The position numbers and the translations under genes are program-made. The notes under the pieces are model-generated. The model worked only from the letters and a program-made list of their open reading frames with translations, did no database searches and was not told the origin of the DNA. From contig OZ024740.1 of assembly GCA_964016885.1 (NCBI GenBank), forward strand, positions 347,324,001 to 347,388,000: a stretch of DNA of 64,000 bases, written 5' to 3'. This document shows, one piece after another, positions 24,192 through 38,640 of the stretch. The stretch comes from Eledone cirrhosa (taxonomy: Eukaryota). Numbering within the stretch: the first letter of the stretch is position 1; every line of letters starts with the position of its first letter.

Positions 24192-24726
24192 TAACATTAT
24201 TCTAGAAATTAATTTAATTTAAATGTTAGTTAACCTATAAATTTAATTTAATTAATATTTTATTACAGATGAGAAAATATTATGTAATCATAAATTGTGA
24301 AAAACCTTTAAATATTACTAATATATACTTAGTAATTTAATTTATAGATTAATTTTAATTTATTTAAACCTTTTATTATAATTCTTTTACAGATAAAATA
24401 TAGCAAAATAATATCATGTTTCCAATGACGGAGAAATAATTTTTAGTATTATAGACATAATTAATATACATTTTGGAAATATATTTATTATTTGGTTTTA
24501 GTTTTAATCAACCTAAAAATTTTAATTTTAATTTGCTTAAAATTAGTATCCTTATACAGACGAATTGCAGAATGTCATGTAATCATAGAATGGGATGTGT
24601 TTTGGATATATACCTAGTTAATATATTCTGTGCAATTTTTTGAAAAAGATATGTATATGTATATGTGTATGTATATGTGTGTGTTGTGTATGTGTATCTG
24701 TATGTATGTATGTATGTGTATATGTG

Positions 24727-24767
<41 letters not shown>

Positions 24768-25479
24768 ATATGTATGTATATGTGTATGTGTATGTATATG
24801 TATATGTATGCGTATTAATTTTGATTTCTATTTGCATATAATTATATTATGCTATTGATGAAATACAATATCTGCTTTATGTATTGTATACCTAATTAAC
24901 ATATACTAATTAACGTATACTATTGAAATAAATATATAATTTTTAATTTAGTTAACATATAATTTATATGCTACTACCGATGTAATACTTTATTTTATTT
25001 TTATTTGGGTTTCTTTTCCCTATTACTAAATTCATCTCCTAATATTGATACCATAACGTTATTAACTTTAATTTAGTTATACTGTAATTAATAATCTACT
25101 ACTGTTTGACTTCAAAATTCTGCTTCAAATATTATAAACCTAACTAATTTACACCTTAGAAATCAATATGTTGGCTATCTTTGGTTTAGTTAACATATGA
25201 TTAATGGTATACTTATTTATTTTGAGATGCATAGATTTCGTATTTCCTAGCACTGAAAATATGTAAGAACATACATTGAATTAAGATACGGAAAATATTA
25301 TATGTTTCTTGAAACATATATTTACTTTGATCCCCTTCTCCAAACCCCCCCTTTCCCCCATACTATTATCATCTGTATTTGTAAGCGTCTATGTATGAAT
25401 ATATATGTAGGTAGGTGTCTATATAGGTTTTGGTATTTATATCTAAATATAAAAATACATATATGAGCATGCAAATATG

Positions 25480-25914
25480 AATGTAAGATTGTGTGTGTAT
25501 ATATGATTGTACATACATATGTATGTATATATATGTATATATATGCATTATATATGTGTGTGTATGTGAATGTGTTGTATGTATATGTGTATGTATGTGT
25601 ATATATGTGTATGTATGTGTATGCTTGTATATATATGAATATATATATGTGTATATATGTATGTATATGTATATGCGTGTATGTATGTATGTGTATGTGT
25701 GTTGTGTATATATATGTATGTCTCTCTATTTATATGTTTATCTTCGTATCTATGTGATATATGTGTGTGTGTGTGCACGTATGCATATGTATGTGTTTGT
25801 GTGTGTTTGTATGTGTGTGTGTATATATGTGTATGTGCGCACACACACATACACATATATATATATATATATATATGTGAGTGTGTATGTGTGTCTGTGT
25901 GTGTGTGTGTGTGT

Positions 25915-25969
<55 letters not shown>

Positions 25970-26416
25970 TAGATATATATATATATATATATATATATAG
26001 GTGTCTATGTGTGAATATATGTCTTTATTAGTATGTGTGTATTTATGTATGTATATATTTATGTGTATGTATGTATGTGTATGTATGTATGTATATATAT
26101 ATATATATATATATGTATATGTATATATATATATGTATATTATTCTTTATTATTATAATATAACTTATGTGTATATGTGTATAAGTGAGGTCGTGTATGT
26201 ATATATAATATGTGTATATATAAGAGTAATAAAATATATATATATATATATATATGTGCATGTCTGTTTTTTATGTGTGTGTGTATATATATATATGTAT
26301 GTATATATGTGTATATATATGTACGTGTGTGTATATGGATATGTATATATATATATATATATACATGTGGGTGTTTGTATGTGTTTTTATGGTGGTATGT
26401 GTGTGTGGATATATAT

Positions 26417-26455
<39 letters not shown>

Positions 26456-26459
26456 AGTC

Positions 26460-26522
<63 letters not shown>

Positions 26523-26549
26523 ATATATGTGTGTGTATGTATATATATA

Positions 26550-26580
<31 letters not shown>

Positions 26581-26857
26581 CTCTATTAATGCGTGTGTGT
26601 ATGTATATACATATGCCTTTTTATTATTATTTTTTATTATTATCTTTATTTGTATGTCTGAGTTTGGTGAGGTTGTATTGTTTTTTATGTATATACACAT
26701 TTATGGAAGCGTATGTATTTATATATATGAGTATAAGTAGGTGCATATGTATGTATGATTATATATCTAATTCTATGTATGAAGGTACGTCTATATATAT
26801 ATATATATATACGTGTGTATGTAAGTTGTGTGTGTATGTATCTATATGTCTATGTGA

Positions 26858-26905
<48 letters not shown>

Positions 26906-26996
26906 CGATGTGCGTATATGTATGTACATGTATGTACATGTATGTGTGTATGTATGTGTATGTATATTTAGATGTATGTGTATGTATATGTATATG

Positions 26997-27047
<51 letters not shown>

Positions 27048-27300
27048 ATGTATATATATGTGGATATATATCTTTATTATCTATTTTTTTTATATATATG
27101 TGTATGTGTGTATGTGTTGCGCGTGTGTGTGTGTGTATATATATATCTTTTTATATGTGTATGTGTATGTTCGTGTAAGTGTATATGTGTGTATGACTGT
27201 ATATGTATGTGTGTATGTGTGTATGCGTAAATATCTCTATGTGTGCGTACATGTATGTATGTGTGTTTATATATCTGTATGTGTATATATATTATATTAT
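25480..27300. repeat. about 1.8-kb degenerate (TA/TG/TATG)n low-complexity tract inside the PLE 3' region
   Basis: direct reading. Confidence 0.9.
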
Positions 27301-27872
27301 AGTTATTATATTTTATTGTTTTATTTTTTTATTTTTCTTAATTTATAGATACATTTATATTAGGCAGTCTGCTCAGACAATTGAATACTGACCCCTTCCC
27401 CCCCCTCCCACCTAATTTCTGTATCTTGATCTTGAAATGTGTGTGCAAGTGTTTTATGTGAGTGATTTAATTTCTATGTGCTTATGATTTTATATCCACA
27501 TATATAAATGTGAGTGGGGGAGTGTGTGTGTTTGTATGTTCGTGGTTATGTGTATATTTATGCATATACGCGCATGTATGTGTGATTATACTGATATGTG
27601 TGAGTATGAAAAAATATATTTATATGCTTGACTCCATAAGTATCAATGCGCATCTTATCAGCGCATTAAGCTTACAGAGATATTAACCTTGAAATTTTGT
27701 GTTTGCATCCATCTTTTTAGTATGCGTATACAAATTATACACACATTTTTGTAAAATATGTGTAAGGATTTTACATGTATATACACACACCGAACTGCTT
27801 TTAACCCTTTGTGTTTTCATTGGTCAATTTTGAACTGATATTTTGAATTGTTGTTATTATCAATAAATATAC

Positions 27873-28027
27873 TTCATTATTTCTGAAGACGGCGTATATA
27901 TGTGTTAGGTATGTATATTTAATCTTGATAATTTGTATAATTTTGTATAATTTTGTACATAGATCTGTTGAATATGCATACCAATTATAACACATATATA
28001 CCCTAGAAACGATCGTTAAATAATGAA
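27873..28027 (+). ncRNA. type I hammerhead with ~116-nt extended stem II
   Basis: 10-bp stem I ttcattattt/aaataatgaa; CTGAAGA 27883-27889; GAAA 28006-28009; palindromic stem III cgatcg; GUU cleavage triplet. Confidence 0.75.
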
Positions 28028-28235
28028 ATTTTTTTGTTTAATATAAGGAATTGTTTATTCATTATTTGTTTAATATTTTATCTTGACTCTGTATACCGTT
28101 TGTCTTTCACCGAAAGTGGATTTTCATTGCATCTCTTCTTTCCATGATATCCGGAATACATTGAGTTCTTCATACGGATTGGACACTACCGTAAACTCTT
28201 GGTAGATTTATCTACATATATATATATATATATAT

Positions 28236-28907
28236 ATATGTAACCCATTAGCAACCCCGCAGCACGTTTTTCTCATATTTACACATATTTTTTCCCCGCT
28301 GTTACACGTCTATTTCGTTCTTACTGATTTTTCTTTCTCTGTATCTTTACCCTCTCTAGCAGTCACTCTCTCTGTTAGCCTCTTCCTAACCCTTCACTCA
28401 CTCATTCTCTGTTACTACCTCTCCTCCTCCTCCTTCTTCCCGTTTGACCTGTGCGTAATTCTTTTCTTTCGCACCCTTGGTCCGGCAGGTCGCATTTTTT
28501 CTCTCTCTCGTCTACGATTTCACAGAACTTACGTTCACCGAAATCACAGACTAGATCCTTTCTTCCTCCCGTTAGACCTGTCAGGAATTCCTTCCTTGCT
28601 TACATTCCAACCAGGTTTGATGGTCTTTATTCTCTCTCGTTCACGATTTCACCGAATTTAAATTCATAGAAATTTGGGACTTGACTCCTGCATCCTCACT
28701 TTTCGTTGCTTCACCATTTTTGTTTGTTTACACTCGTGTTCCCTTTATTTACGTGTCCCAACGACTTTTTTTAGCCGTTGCTCGCACCAACCGGAGGTAT
28801 ATGGTCTTTAAAGCGATGAAATACCAATGATGGTTGGAAGATCACTGATGAAGGACTAACTTTATTCATATGTAACCCATTAGCAACCCAGCAGCACGTT
28901 TTTCTCA

Positions 28908-28912
<5 letters not shown>
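28236..28912 (+). mobile_element. element with ~45-bp direct terminal repeats and a decayed HHR
   Basis: ATATGTAACCCATTAGCAACCC(C/A)GCAGCACGTTTTTCTCATATTTA at both ends; CTGATGA at 28845 just before the second repeat; (TA)n flanks. Confidence 0.65.
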
Positions 28913-28957
<45 letters not shown>

Positions 28958-29392
28958 GAGCGTCTCAAAAGTGACTATCTATTTTGGGTAGCAATACATA
29001 CACCGATTGAAATAGATAGTAACTTTTGTAATACCCAATATACTATATATATATAGAGAGAGAGAGAGAAACGTTATTTGCTTGGACCGATCTGACGATT
29101 AGCTCCATTCCTTTCCATATACACATGGATGCCTCTATGAATATGAATATATGATTATTTAGATATTAACTTTTACATATACCTATGCGCATAGGTACAC
29201 ATAAACTAATTTCTGCACATTGATATATATGTATGTGCGTATGTCTGTGTGTACGTTTTTGTGCCAATGCATTTTGTATACAAATAATTATAAATGTGGA
29301 TGTACATAAAAAAAATGTTTGTAATTGCGTAGTCTTATGTTCATATAATCCAGAGTATATATTTAGTATATACATATATGTGTGAATGTTTC

Positions 29393-29451
<59 letters not shown>

Positions 29452-29989
29452 GTATACCCATGCATAATATTATGCATATTTCTGTTTTGCTTGTCGCTGC
29501 TTAAATGTATGTGTTTATGCTTTAGCATGTATGCATATATGTACGTATGCTCCTATATGATTCTGTGTGTACGCATATAAACCTGCTACAGAGTCAGAAT
29601 GTATATAAAATAGCGAGTGAGATAGTGGAAAACATGTAAAAACAATCTGGTGGTTTAGACTTTTCCCGCGAGATACCTAGTCTATCCTGAAAAAAATATA
29701 AAAATCAAAAGAAAAAAATGCTGTTCATATCTATGCATATTTTATTAATGCCTGTATTTTTTCTCACCCACCACCTATGCAAATTATGATTTGCTCCCTT
29801 TACTGATGCTTATTTGAATTTTTTTTGAAAATATATTTGCGTAAACGTGTATATATATTCAAATGAAAGAAATCTATTTACTTATCCTGTTATTTATAAA
29901 TTATGCATATACTATGTATAAAAATATTCAAGATATTTAAAAGTTAATCATAAAAATAAAATAAAAAGCAGCTGCAATAAATGAGAATT

Positions 29990-30318
29990 GTAGTAATGAT
30001 AATGGTGATGATGATGGTGATGGTGATGATGGTGATGTTGATGATGATGATGATGACGATGATGACGCTTATGATGATGGGGAAGGTGGTGGTGATCGTC
30101 GTCGAAATTGTGTTTGGATGGTGATGTTGCTGATGTTGTTGTTGTTGATGTTGGTAGTGGTGGTGGTTGTGTTTGTGGAGATGATGAAGATGGTGCTAGT
30201 TATTATGATGGTAATGAGGATAATGTTAGTGATGATGATTAGGAGGAGGAGGAGAAGGAGGAGGAATATGGTGATGGTAATGATGATAATCGTGATGATT
30301 ATGATGGAGATGATAGAG
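29990..30318. repeat. degenerate (GAT/GGT/GAG)n trinucleotide tract
   Basis: direct reading. Confidence 0.9.
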
Positions 30319-31219
30319 CTTTCTTAAGACTGTTTACTGTTTATTCATATATAATTTACGTTTAATGTTCGTTTTTTAAAATAAAATATATATCCTATTA
30401 TTTTTTAGTATTTAAATATTTCTTTTTTTTTTATCATTTATTAGCTGCTATTTCTGGATATACTTATTTTGTTTGTTTTTGTTTTTCCGTTACCACATAG
30501 CTATCAGCGCTTCGTAGATCAAGTGCAGATAGAATTGTTAGTCGGCCCTCAGCGTGACAGTGAAAGTAACGAAAGTAACGAATCAGAATCATTGTTAATG
30601 ATCAACTGACGAAGCCAGTCACCGCAGGGACGAATATAAGAATAAAGACAAACCAATTTGCTACTAACGGCGCCTGGCCATCCCAATCTGCTCTCTATCA
30701 AAAAGATAATCGTTTCTTGTGAAAAGGCCGATGGCGCAGCAAGCTAGAGGCCATTATCGGCAACCCAAACGCGAACAACAACTTGCAACAAGAGGTCAAA
30801 GGTGGTAAGAATTCATTATTCATAAGTTGGGCATTGCCAGCAGAAATGGAACGTTTCTGAACCCTTCGTTCCCGTTCTCTTATTAACAGAGCATGTTCAG
30901 AAGCAACATGCCTAATGAAATGAACTTGCATTTCAAGAGACACATAATTCAATTTCTGCAGATGGTTATGCGGTAGTAATAGCGGATTGCACCTGCTAGA
31001 CACAGAAATTGTGTGGGTTATTGAAAGCGAAGGAGGGAAATTGGTTTTAGATGGAGACAGCAACGAGCGAGAACACGAAGAAAAGAAAAGCACAGCAAAG
31101 ACCGAAAACATACACACACACACACACACACAAACCAACACACATGGACACGCACACATACACACACACAAACATGCCCACGCACACGCATGTAAATATA
31201 AATGTATAAATAAATATAT

Positions 31220-31251
<32 letters not shown>

Positions 31252-31282
31252 CATATATATATATATACGTGAATATATGAAA

Positions 31283-31320
<38 letters not shown>

Positions 31321-31712
31321 TGGAAAGGGATAGGGTAATGATAATATTGTGAAGAAGGAAGAAGTGTAGCAAAGTAATAGACGAAAGTAACCGAAATTAG
31401 AACGACAATTATTCAGAGATTGAGTAATATGTTGTGTGAAATTTCTGGTGAAAATAAGAAAGATCGCCGTTTTACTGTTCGGGGGACCTCTATTTACAAA
31501 ACGGCTAAAATATTTATTTAATTTAAAGAAAACAATACATATTGGTTATTAGGGGAGAGAGAGGTTTGAATATCATCAGTGCACATCCTAAACGAAGAAG
31601 AAAATCAACACCCAGAATAACAAATTGAGATGATTAAAAAGGAAAATAAATTCTAAAAATTCTTATGTGAGGGTTTGATACTTGTCGAAATCTCCCCATC
31701 CCCCATTCCTCC

Positions 31713-32010
<298 letters not shown>

Positions 32011-32065
32011 GTGGAAAAGTAAGAAATCAGAGAATAGTCCGTTAAAACATGTTTATTGAAAACAC

Positions 32066-32106
32066 CACCTACGTACGTTTCGCCCAGTTGGACTTGTCAA
32101 GGGCAT
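32066..32106 (-). ncRNA. type I hammerhead with U3:A8 core (TTGACAA)
   Basis: cc TTGACAA gtcca-ac-tgggc GAAA cgtacg TA gg; deleted from the right arm. Confidence 0.6.
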
Positions 32107-33241
32107 AAATAACTAAAAGTTACATCGCTCGGAAAGGGTTTTGGGGGTTAAATTCACGTCAAGATTCATTCTTTGCAAAAAAAGCATGTTTTGATTTTGC
32201 AGTAAGTCAAGTAGGTAACTCTGGCCGGTGTTAGGGCAGTCTTTCCCGGACAAATTTTTTATCCGTTACAAGATGTGGTTACAACCTTACCATTGTCGAT
32301 ACGCACAGGGTCATGTAATCAACGCTTATTTTGAGATGTTTTTTTTGCCGCACCTGCTTGCCTGGGTCGTTTGAGGCTGGGTCTGGGATGCATGGTTCGT
32401 TTACTGGGTGTTTTTTTCCTGTCGCGGCAGTTGCAATTTCTGTCGCGGTTCCTTCCACTTCCCACGGTTAGGCTATCATTGTTGCTGTCTACGTTGTTAT
32501 CTAAGCTCCCGCAGATGTCGTTAGCACCATTACAACCCACAGTGCTCGGGGTGGTACGATTATTAATCCGCGCATCATGTCCTGCATGTTCCCCAGTCAT
32601 CTCGCGGTTATGCTGGTTGCGTCTGCGGAGGCCGTTGCCAGCACTATTGGATTCTGCTAGGGAGTTTTAAGGCCGATATAGTTATTGTCAGGAGTAGGTG
32701 CGTCTGTGCTAGGGTGCTGTGTCTTGGTTTTCTTACTGTCGTTCGTTGTTCCTATGATGTCTGCTAGGTTAGGAGTAGTAGAAAAGGATATTTTTATATT
32801 GTTCCTATTAAGAATATTTCTATACCTATGTTTGGGCGGGAAGTTCTTCTCTAAGGCTTCGAAGAATATCCGAGGTATGTTGGAGGCCACACTCCGAGAG
32901 TAGTGGGGGTGGAACCATAGGATGTTAGGGTGGCGATTACGTGTCCTTGTACGTTTGCTACGGGTGGTTCCATCTAGGTGACCGTTCTTATGTTTGTTAA
33001 TGTGCTGTAGCCCGTTAGGTGCCCCTTTCACTTTATGCTCGGGTGCACTCTTCTTCCTTCTTCCATGTTTATGTACAGGAAGATGTTGGTTGGAAGGCGT
33101 TGGTAGTAGGGCGTCGCCTTTGTTGATTTTATAGTAGGGGAATAATTCGAGTAAGTTACAGTGGTTACTGTCACCGGGGTCGTGATATTTACTGCGTGGT
33201 AGGTTACCCATACTATCACCAGTGTAATTAAAGTTGCGGCC

Positions 33242-33625
33242 GTGTTCCTTAGTGCGATTATCTATACTATTATATCCGACTCCTATGGCGTTAAACATTA
33301 TATAGGGGCTACCTCCGGCCCGTTCAAAATTAGATTTCGAACACATCTCCACTCTTTCACAAATAAGAAATTAAGACACTCCACTTCGCTCGCGGACTAC
33401 ATCACATCATTAAAAGACTTAAACATCAGCTTCTCCGCGCACTGGGATATTGTCGGCAGGGCTGCACCGTACAACTTCAAGAGGAAGTGCGATCTTTGCT
33501 TCATGGAGCTCTACCACATCATAACTGCACCCCACGAGCTCATCAACAGCAGAGCTGAAACGACGATAAGTTGTACACATCGCTTAAAAATATCCTTCTT
33601 CAGATGGGTTGAGGATGAGGAGTGA
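33242..33625 (+). pseudogene. GIY-YIG endonuclease domain of PLE
   Basis: IIY...HYIGATSGPFKIRFRTHLHSF...TSL..W..APY..CDLCFME..LINSRAE..CTH; homologous to 23800-24191. Confidence 0.85.
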
Positions 33626-34250
33626 AACCGTGTACCGGGTCTCCCTGTAACAAGCTTTAACACCCAGGCGGACAGGTGCTGCAAAAAGAACACCCAGGAA
33701 ACTAACCATACATCCCAGACCCAGCCTCAAACGACCCAGATAAGTAAGTGCGGCAAAAAAAAAACATCTCAAAATAAGCGTTGATTACATGACCCTGTGC
33801 GTATCGACAATGGTAAGGTTGTAACCATATCTTGTAACGGATAAAAAATTTGTCCGGGAAAGACTGCCCTAACACCGGCCAGAGTTACCTCCCTTGACCT
33901 GCTGCAAAATCAAAACATGCTTTTTTTGCAAAGAATGAATCTTGACGTGAATTTAACCCCAAAAACCCTTTCCGAGCAATGTAAGGGGCACTTTTAGTTA
34001 TTCTCCGATTTCTTACTTTTCCAAGTGGTTACGCTCTGCTAACTCTCTCGCCCTCTAAATATTAACACTTATAATATTTAATACTGCCGGCACTAGTATT
34101 GAGCACCTTTGGCATACGCTACTTGGCAAATAACTACATGTATCACCTATCCTTCCTTTTTTTCTCTCTCTCGATACGTAAATACTTTATTATATATATA
34201 TATATATATATCATATTTTTTCATTCTCTTTGTCATTCACTCTATATATT

Positions 34251-34313
<63 letters not shown>

Positions 34314-34317
<4 letters not shown>

Positions 34318-35018
34318 TCTACTTTTAGTCCATTGAGCGCTTGACGCATATCTCGAGGATTGCGTTTCGTTTTGTTTTTGGCCCCCGCCAAAATACGAAC
34401 TCACTGAAATTATATTTGTATTAATCTCCCGGGCTTAGTAATTAATTAGTTAATTAGACTGACTGATTAATTGCTTAAGCTTATTTAAAAACAACCCGAT
34501 TGAGAGCTTACTTCTATTTGTGCAGTTTCTTGCAATTTTTGCAATACATTTACACATTTTGAATACACTGGCCAAAAAACCGGGGTTACCTCCCTGCACG
34601 GTAAACACGTGGGGTAATCACGTCACTACTACTGCATTGGAACCCGGTAGCCGGCTGAGAACAAAATACTTGTTGACGAAATGACTACCTTGTTCGATCG
34701 TTATACCAAAAGCTTACAACGAAAGCAGGCAGTATATTTGATTTAGATGTCACAGAAACCTCCCACTGGATCTTACCAACACTTTCCAGGACGTCCAGGT
34801 AAATTCTTTTGTTAACCTGTTTAGCTTGCTTCGTTTTTATGGCTCCGGTGGCTGATGGCTTCAGGACCACTGTTTTCATTTTATCTGGCCTTAATAACGT
34901 ATGTTAATTGCTCTGGACTTATTTTAGTCCATTGAACGCTTGCCGCATATCTCGAGGATTGCGTTTCGCTTTGTTTTGGACCTCCGCCGAAATACGATGT
35001 GGCTGAAATTATATTTGT

Positions 35019-35020
<2 letters not shown>
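34314..35020. mobile_element. element with ~105-bp direct terminal repeats in (TA)n
   Basis: TTTTAGTCCATTGA.CGCTTG.CGCATATCTCGAGGATTGCGTTTCG...CTGAAATTATATTTGTA at 34314-34420 and 34914-35020. Confidence 0.65.
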
Positions 35021-35055
<35 letters not shown>

Positions 35056-35152
35056 TAAAGAGAGAGAGAGAGAGGCAGAGTATCTGCGGAGAGCACTAAT
35101 CATAGGAGTACTCAATGCATGGCGTGATGCAGGACGGCTATATAGATATGTC

Positions 35153-35259
35153 AAATCCCGTCCGAGGCGCCAAGCGGTTTCGCCTTATGTGTTCAGCAAG
35201 CTTTTTCTTTTTCTTTGGTGAACACTCAAGCCGAAACCACTTGGTGCCGCGATCAGGAT
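35153..35259. repeat. small imperfect fold-back with possible HHR 3' halves
   Basis: GGCGCCAAGCGGTTTCGCCTT..GTGTTCA / TGAACAC..AAGCCGAAACCACTTGGTGCC. Confidence 0.5.
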
Positions 35260-35699
35260 GAATATGTAGATATATATTTAAATAATTATCATAATTATAT
35301 ATATATTTGAGTGTGTGTGTGTGTACGATATACTTAGGGAAATACGATACATTTAAGTATAAAAAACAAGGATAGGTTGACTGTTTGAAGATTGTGATTA
35401 TGTCACACCTATTTCTAAAGCTGTATGAAAAAGACAGTCACTGGTGATCCAGGTTATTTCATCCATCATTAGTAAGGTTTACTCACCCGGTGATGAGATT
35501 AAAAATACTATAACTTATATACCTTTTGAGAAATTCATGTCCATACAATGCTTCCTTAATTTCACAAGGAATAATTAGCAGTAGAAAAATATAGCGGTAT
35601 TCATAATCTAGGTCTACAATGTACAAGGTGATATATACATTATATATGAGTTCGGATCTAGCTGTTGAAACAGCAGGAGCTCAGCTGTCGGGGTGCAAC

Positions 35700-38465
35700 T
35701 CCCACACACGTAAACATAATTGAAATCTCTCAAAAGAATTACACAGCATTAAAGAAGAATTTCCCGCATTAATTGGAGACTAACCTCACCAAAAGAATCT
35801 ATTCTGACAATCTCAGGGGGAAATCCACCACTAGTCGGAGGGCTGGAACACCCAGCTCCTTCCTGAAAAAAGCCAAAGGTAAAGTGTTTTTACTTTTTCT
35901 TTCTCACTTGTTTTTTCCTCCTATCTTAGCCAACATCGCTTCTCTTAGGATAGGCCGTATAAATTCTCGTGGCCTAGGGTCATCTTGAAAGCAGGGTCAC
36001 CTACTCAGCTATCTCAGGTCACTAAACATAGATGTGGTGCCCATCAGTGAGACCAGAATCTCCGAGGCACGGGCATTCGCATCCATTTTCGGTGGCTACG
36101 AGCTGTACACATCTCCAAACCATCCTAGATCTGGGGGAGGAGTGGCTGTGTTGTTCCGGAGAAGTCAGGATCTCGAGATACCGGCCATCTCTTTGGACCC
36201 AGAAGGTAAGTTGGTGGTGCTGGACGTGACCAGTTGAGAAGGGCAAGCTTTCAGGATAGTGGCCGTCAATGACCCCACAGCGGCAGGATGGTCTGACTTC
36301 AACCCGGTGACTGGAGAACTTTCTTGGAACGTCCCGCTCTTTAGTGTTAGTGGGCGTCAGGAACGGGATCTTAGATGCACACTGTAACTGTGCTTAGATA
36401 TGTTAGTTGAAGCTACATGCGTTGTTGACAACCCACAAAGCCTACAGAGACCGGATTAGCGAACTAGTGAAGCCGGCGTTGACGGGGGCCATCGTCAACA
36501 ACAAATGGTGGTTCGCCCTGAAAAGTGCGATTAGAATAGAGTCCATTAAGTTTAGTAAGACGTTAGCAATAGAGAAAAATAGAGCAGAGGGAGAACTGTT
36601 AGAAAATTAGACGAGGTGCTTAGTAAAGGCACCGCGACCGACGTGCTTTCGGCGAGATTGGCCCACGGAGGCTGCGTTGTCAGAGCAAGGGTGCCTGCTC
36701 TCTGACACGAAGGGATGAAAGCCGTTCGATGAGACCGAGTGGTGGAGGCGTGTCGTGGAAACAAAGCCACGATCCGGTCTTTGGAGGCCCACGACGGGTG
36801 CCGCATGTTACTCGATCTCGGGCAAATGTGTGCGGATTTTCAGTGACACTTCGTTTAGCTGTTCGGAAGCAACGGTGGGACGGATCGCGGAATGGACTTT
36901 AATGCCTACCTCGGCGGTCTGTCGCGAATCTCGTTCACTGAGGCAGAGTGTTGCGAAAAGCCGATAACAGCCACTGAAGTATGGGAGGCAATGGCTGACT
37001 GCACGATTGATAAATCGCCTGGTTTGGATGGTCTGCTCTACAAGCTTTACGTAAATATGCCACGCTTGTTCAGCGACCTCTTGGTAGACGTCTACTGGCA
37101 GCAGAACAGGAGAATTTCCAGCTCTGTGAGCCGAGGAGCGGTGGCGCTGCTGAGAAAGGACCCGAACAAGTGAGACAACATAGTTAATTTCAGGCCCATA
37201 ACGCTGCTAATCGCAGAGTTCAAGATAATAGCCAAAGTGTTTGCAAAGAGGTTGGTGCTTGTCATCGGTGGTCTGGTGGAAGAAGCGCAGACATGCACCA
37301 TTCCAGTCAGATCCATCCATAACAACCTCCACCTCATGCGATACATGGTGGAGAGGGTAGCTAGGGAACCTGGAACTGTTGGGTCCTTGATCAATTTAGT
37401 TCAGTCGAAAGCTTTCAATAGGGTCGACCATCGTTATCTGGCGGTGGTCTGAGGGTGGCCAGCTTTGGGCCCGATTTCAGTGGTTGGATTCCTGCCTTGC
37501 ACCGGGACATCTGCTTTGTGGTGAGAGTGAACGGTCACCTTTCGGAACCGCTCATCATAATGCGCTCGGTCCGCCAAGAAGTCCCTTCTCCTTCCTGTTG
37601 TATGTATTTACTCTCGATCCATTACTGCAAAAACTAGAGACGCTAAGGGGTCCCGCGGGAACTGGGATGCGGGAGAACCGTGTCAGCATATGCCGACGAT
37701 GTCACCGTAGTGGTGTCGAATGCCAAACACATCGAAGTGATCGGCACTACACTAAGAGAATACGAAGCGGTGACAGGAGCAATTATTAACCAGAAAAAGT
37801 CAGTGGGTCTGCGACTCGACACCTGGAGAGGCGGGTCCATGCCGTCAAACAGCGTCATCGGGCGGTGGACGGACAGACCGGTTAAATCGCTAGGGGTCTG
37901 ATTCGGTACGGACCTCCAGACGGACAGAAGCTGGGACAAGGTGACGAGCAGGGTGGCCTCTCACACCCAAAAATGGGCAGAGAGGAAGCTATCACTGAAA
38001 TGTCAAGTGGAGGTGGCGAATGCGTACATCGCGTCAGTCATCTACTACCACCTGATCGTCGTGCCTTGTCTTAAGCTTCACCTGACTGCGTTGGAGCGTT
38101 TGCACTTTCACTTTTTGTGGAAGGGACGCGCTCCAATGTTCAGGCGGACTATTTGCTGTCAACACCCGCTACGTGGTGGGCTGGGCATGCCGTGGCTGAT
38201 AATGCGCAAACATGCGCTCAGGATACGGTATTCCCACCTCTTCCTCGAGGGTGATCAGGTGTGGTCGTCGTTTGCTAGACGCGTTTTCCCCAGCTCGTCT
38301 CCTTGACGGAGCTGCAGTCCTGGCTCAAGGAAGACCGAGAGGGAGCGCTTAGAGGCTGGAATGTCTTCAGGCGCTCACAGCCCTTGATCAGTCGGGCAAT
38401 GTGAACGGTGGAAACTCCACCTTGGCGTTCTATAGAGGGTTAGTGGAGGGAAAGAGCGCCGACAT
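35700..38465 (+). pseudogene. decayed Tx1/L1-type LINE related to 2586-6646
   Basis: INSRGL, SLDPEGKLVVLD, KSPGLDGL, SIHNNLHLMRY, SAYADD, GGLGMPWL fragments with many stops and frameshifts; internal deletion near 36400; 3' end missing. Confidence 0.9.
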
Positions 38466-38562
38466 CACACACACATATGCACACTGATATATATATAATT
38501 TATATATATATATAAATGTACCTTATTATTCCACAATGCTTCAAGCAAACTTCAAAACTCTC

Positions 38563-38640
<78 letters not shown>

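Larger units (their letters stand above)
22830..28215 (+). mobile_element. 5'-truncated PLE (Naiad-like) with inverted 5' pseudo-LTR
   Basis: 22830-22916 is the reverse complement of about 27995-28080; RT thumb + GIY-YIG frame; HHR near the 3' end; (TA)n flanks. Confidence 0.8.

Noticed and set aside
30606-30640. CTGACGA...GAAT as a hammerhead
   Set aside because: No GAAA and no convincing stems I-III.
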